DNA of 34,793 nucleotides from Chlamydiales bacterium (GTDB lineage Bacteria; Chlamydiota; Chlamydiia; Chlamydiales; JBDQID01): NCBI GenBank assembly GCA_047611865.1, contig JBLFWS010000014.1, positions 1 to 34,793 of the forward strand, read 5' to 3'. Shown piece by piece: positions 33,738 to 34,793 of this stretch (position 1 is its first letter; each line of letters starts with the position of its first letter). The notes under the pieces were generated by a model. It saw only the letters and a program-made list of their open reading frames with translations, ran no database searches and was not told where the DNA came from. The position numbers and the translations under genes were made by a program.

Positions 33738-33803
33738 CCTGTGATTGAATCTTATACAGTGCCACTAATTTGCTGTATAAGTCTCAATCACAGGTATTTT
33801 TTT
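33738..33803 (+). terminator. Long hairpin with a T tail in the htpX/TDO intergenic region
   Basis: CCTGTGATTGA..CTTATACAG-loop-CTGTATAAG..TCAATCACAGG (20 paired bases) followed by TATTTTTTT. Confidence 0.5.
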
Positions 33804-33815
33804 ATCATTCCCCCC

Positions 33816-33845
33816 TTGTCCTGATCTCCTAAATATTGCTACTAT
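33816..33845 (+). promoter_or_regulatory. Putative promoter of the TDO-family gene
   Basis: TTGTCC-18 nt-TACTAT with an extended -10 TGn. Confidence 0.4.
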
Positions 33846-33873
33846 GATCCCAAAAATACATTAGGGGATCATC

Positions 33874-34605
33874 ATGCAAAAACAGACTGTCTTCGAAAAC
33901 CTTAAGGGTAAAGGCGACACAAGCTACGAAATCTTTCTGAACAGGTCTGAGCTACTGAGCTGCCAGACGGACTATAATGACCTTATGAATCCCGACCAAT
34001 TACAATTCCAGATTATACATCAAGTAGAAGAGCTATGGATGAAGCTCGTCGTATTTACCCTCACCGAAATCGACGACTGCATGAAAGAGAAAAAAACTCA
34101 CAAAGCCCTAACACTTTTCACCCGAGTTAACAAGCTACAAAACCTCATGATCGACCAACTCTCCGTCCTTGAGACCATGTCTCCCAGAGACTACCAGGAA
34201 ATCCGCCAACTCCTTGGAGATGGCAGCGGTAGGGAATCCCCCGGTTTTCACACCATGATTGCTACTTCAAAACCCCTCTATGAAACCTTCAAAAAAACCT
34301 ACCTTGCCGATACAACACTGGAAAAAGTCTACAACAGCGAATACGAGCACGATGAAACCTATGTCCTTGCCGAAGCTCTGGCAGACTACGACGAACTTTT
34401 CCAACGCTTTCGCTATCACCATATCCAGCTCGTCGAACGCTCCATAGGGCTTGGAGGAAAAGCCATAAGCGGTAACTCCATTATGCTCTTGGAAAATGGG
34501 CTCAAAATGAAGTTCTATCCTGAATTATGGAAGATTCGAAATCAAATGACTGATGAATGGGGACTCGAATATGGAGCTCAAAGAGAACCTCTCAAAGAAT
34601 CATAA
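33874..34605 (+). CDS. Tryptophan 2,3-dioxygenase family heme enzyme
   Basis: FQIIHQVEELW, ETMSPRDYQEIR, GSGRESPGF, FRYHHIQLVERSIG and FYPELWKIR motifs. Confidence 0.88.
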   Translation: MQKQTVFENLKGKGDTSYEIFLNRSELLSCQTDYNDLMNPDQLQFQIIHQVEELWMKLVVFTLTEIDDCMKEKKTHKALTLFTRVNKLQNLMIDQLSVLETMSPRDYQEIRQLLGDGSGRESPGFHTMIATSKPLYETFKKTYLADTTLEKVYNSEYEHDETYVLAEALADYDELFQRFRYHHIQLVERSIGLGGKAISGNSIMLLENGLKMKFYPELWKIRNQMTDEWGLEYGAQREPLKES

Positions 34606-34793
34606 TGAAATCTATCCCCCGAGATTAGGGGGCTAATTCTACACAAAGATTCTGCTGCTTACGCCCCCTATTGGATGTTTTCTGGAGTAGACCAAGCACC
34701 ATGAGGGACGAAGTTCCGCTACAGTAATAGCCTGGCTCGAAGTGAGCCTTCGGCGAACGCAGGGCTAGGAATAGACCCACACATAGTTATAAG

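Noticed and set aside
34700..34770. HDV-like ribozyme suggested by GGCGAA
   Set aside because: The required nested pseudoknot pairings could not be found.

Overview
Bacterial chromosomal window, most likely from an environmental, host-associated member of the Chlamydiota. This is inferred from gene content: many effector-like ORFs with low-complexity S/P-rich N-termini, LRR and ankyrin proteins, an Inc-like protein, ArgR with an Art-type transporter, and classical men genes. Housekeeping and metabolic genes: LysM coiled-coil protein, exbB/exbD plus a small lipoprotein missed by the ORF track, an ArgR-regulated polar amino-acid ABC transporter, an LMF-family protein, a GMC oxidoreductase with a Tat-exported small subunit, an M13 peptidase, a MATE transporter, menH-menA-menC, htpX and a TDO-family heme enzyme. 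Interspersed are two toxin-antitoxin modules (AbiEi/AbiEii, and RHH antitoxin/MazF), several REP/MITE-like palindromes and a 90-bp tandem array. Four observations stand out. (i) A 660-aa effector-like protein has a C-terminus carrying all three catalytic motifs of the Legionella SidE/DupA phosphoribosyl-ubiquitin phosphodiesterase domain, with no recognisable mART domain. (ii) A YopJ/CE-clan effector is split by a one-base frameshift in a G10 tract. (iii) An M13 peptidase has an N-terminal FCS/TRASH-like zinc finger. (iv) Direct-repeat duplications bracket both the AbiE module and the tandem array. No rRNA, tRNA, CRISPR array or transposase was recognised.
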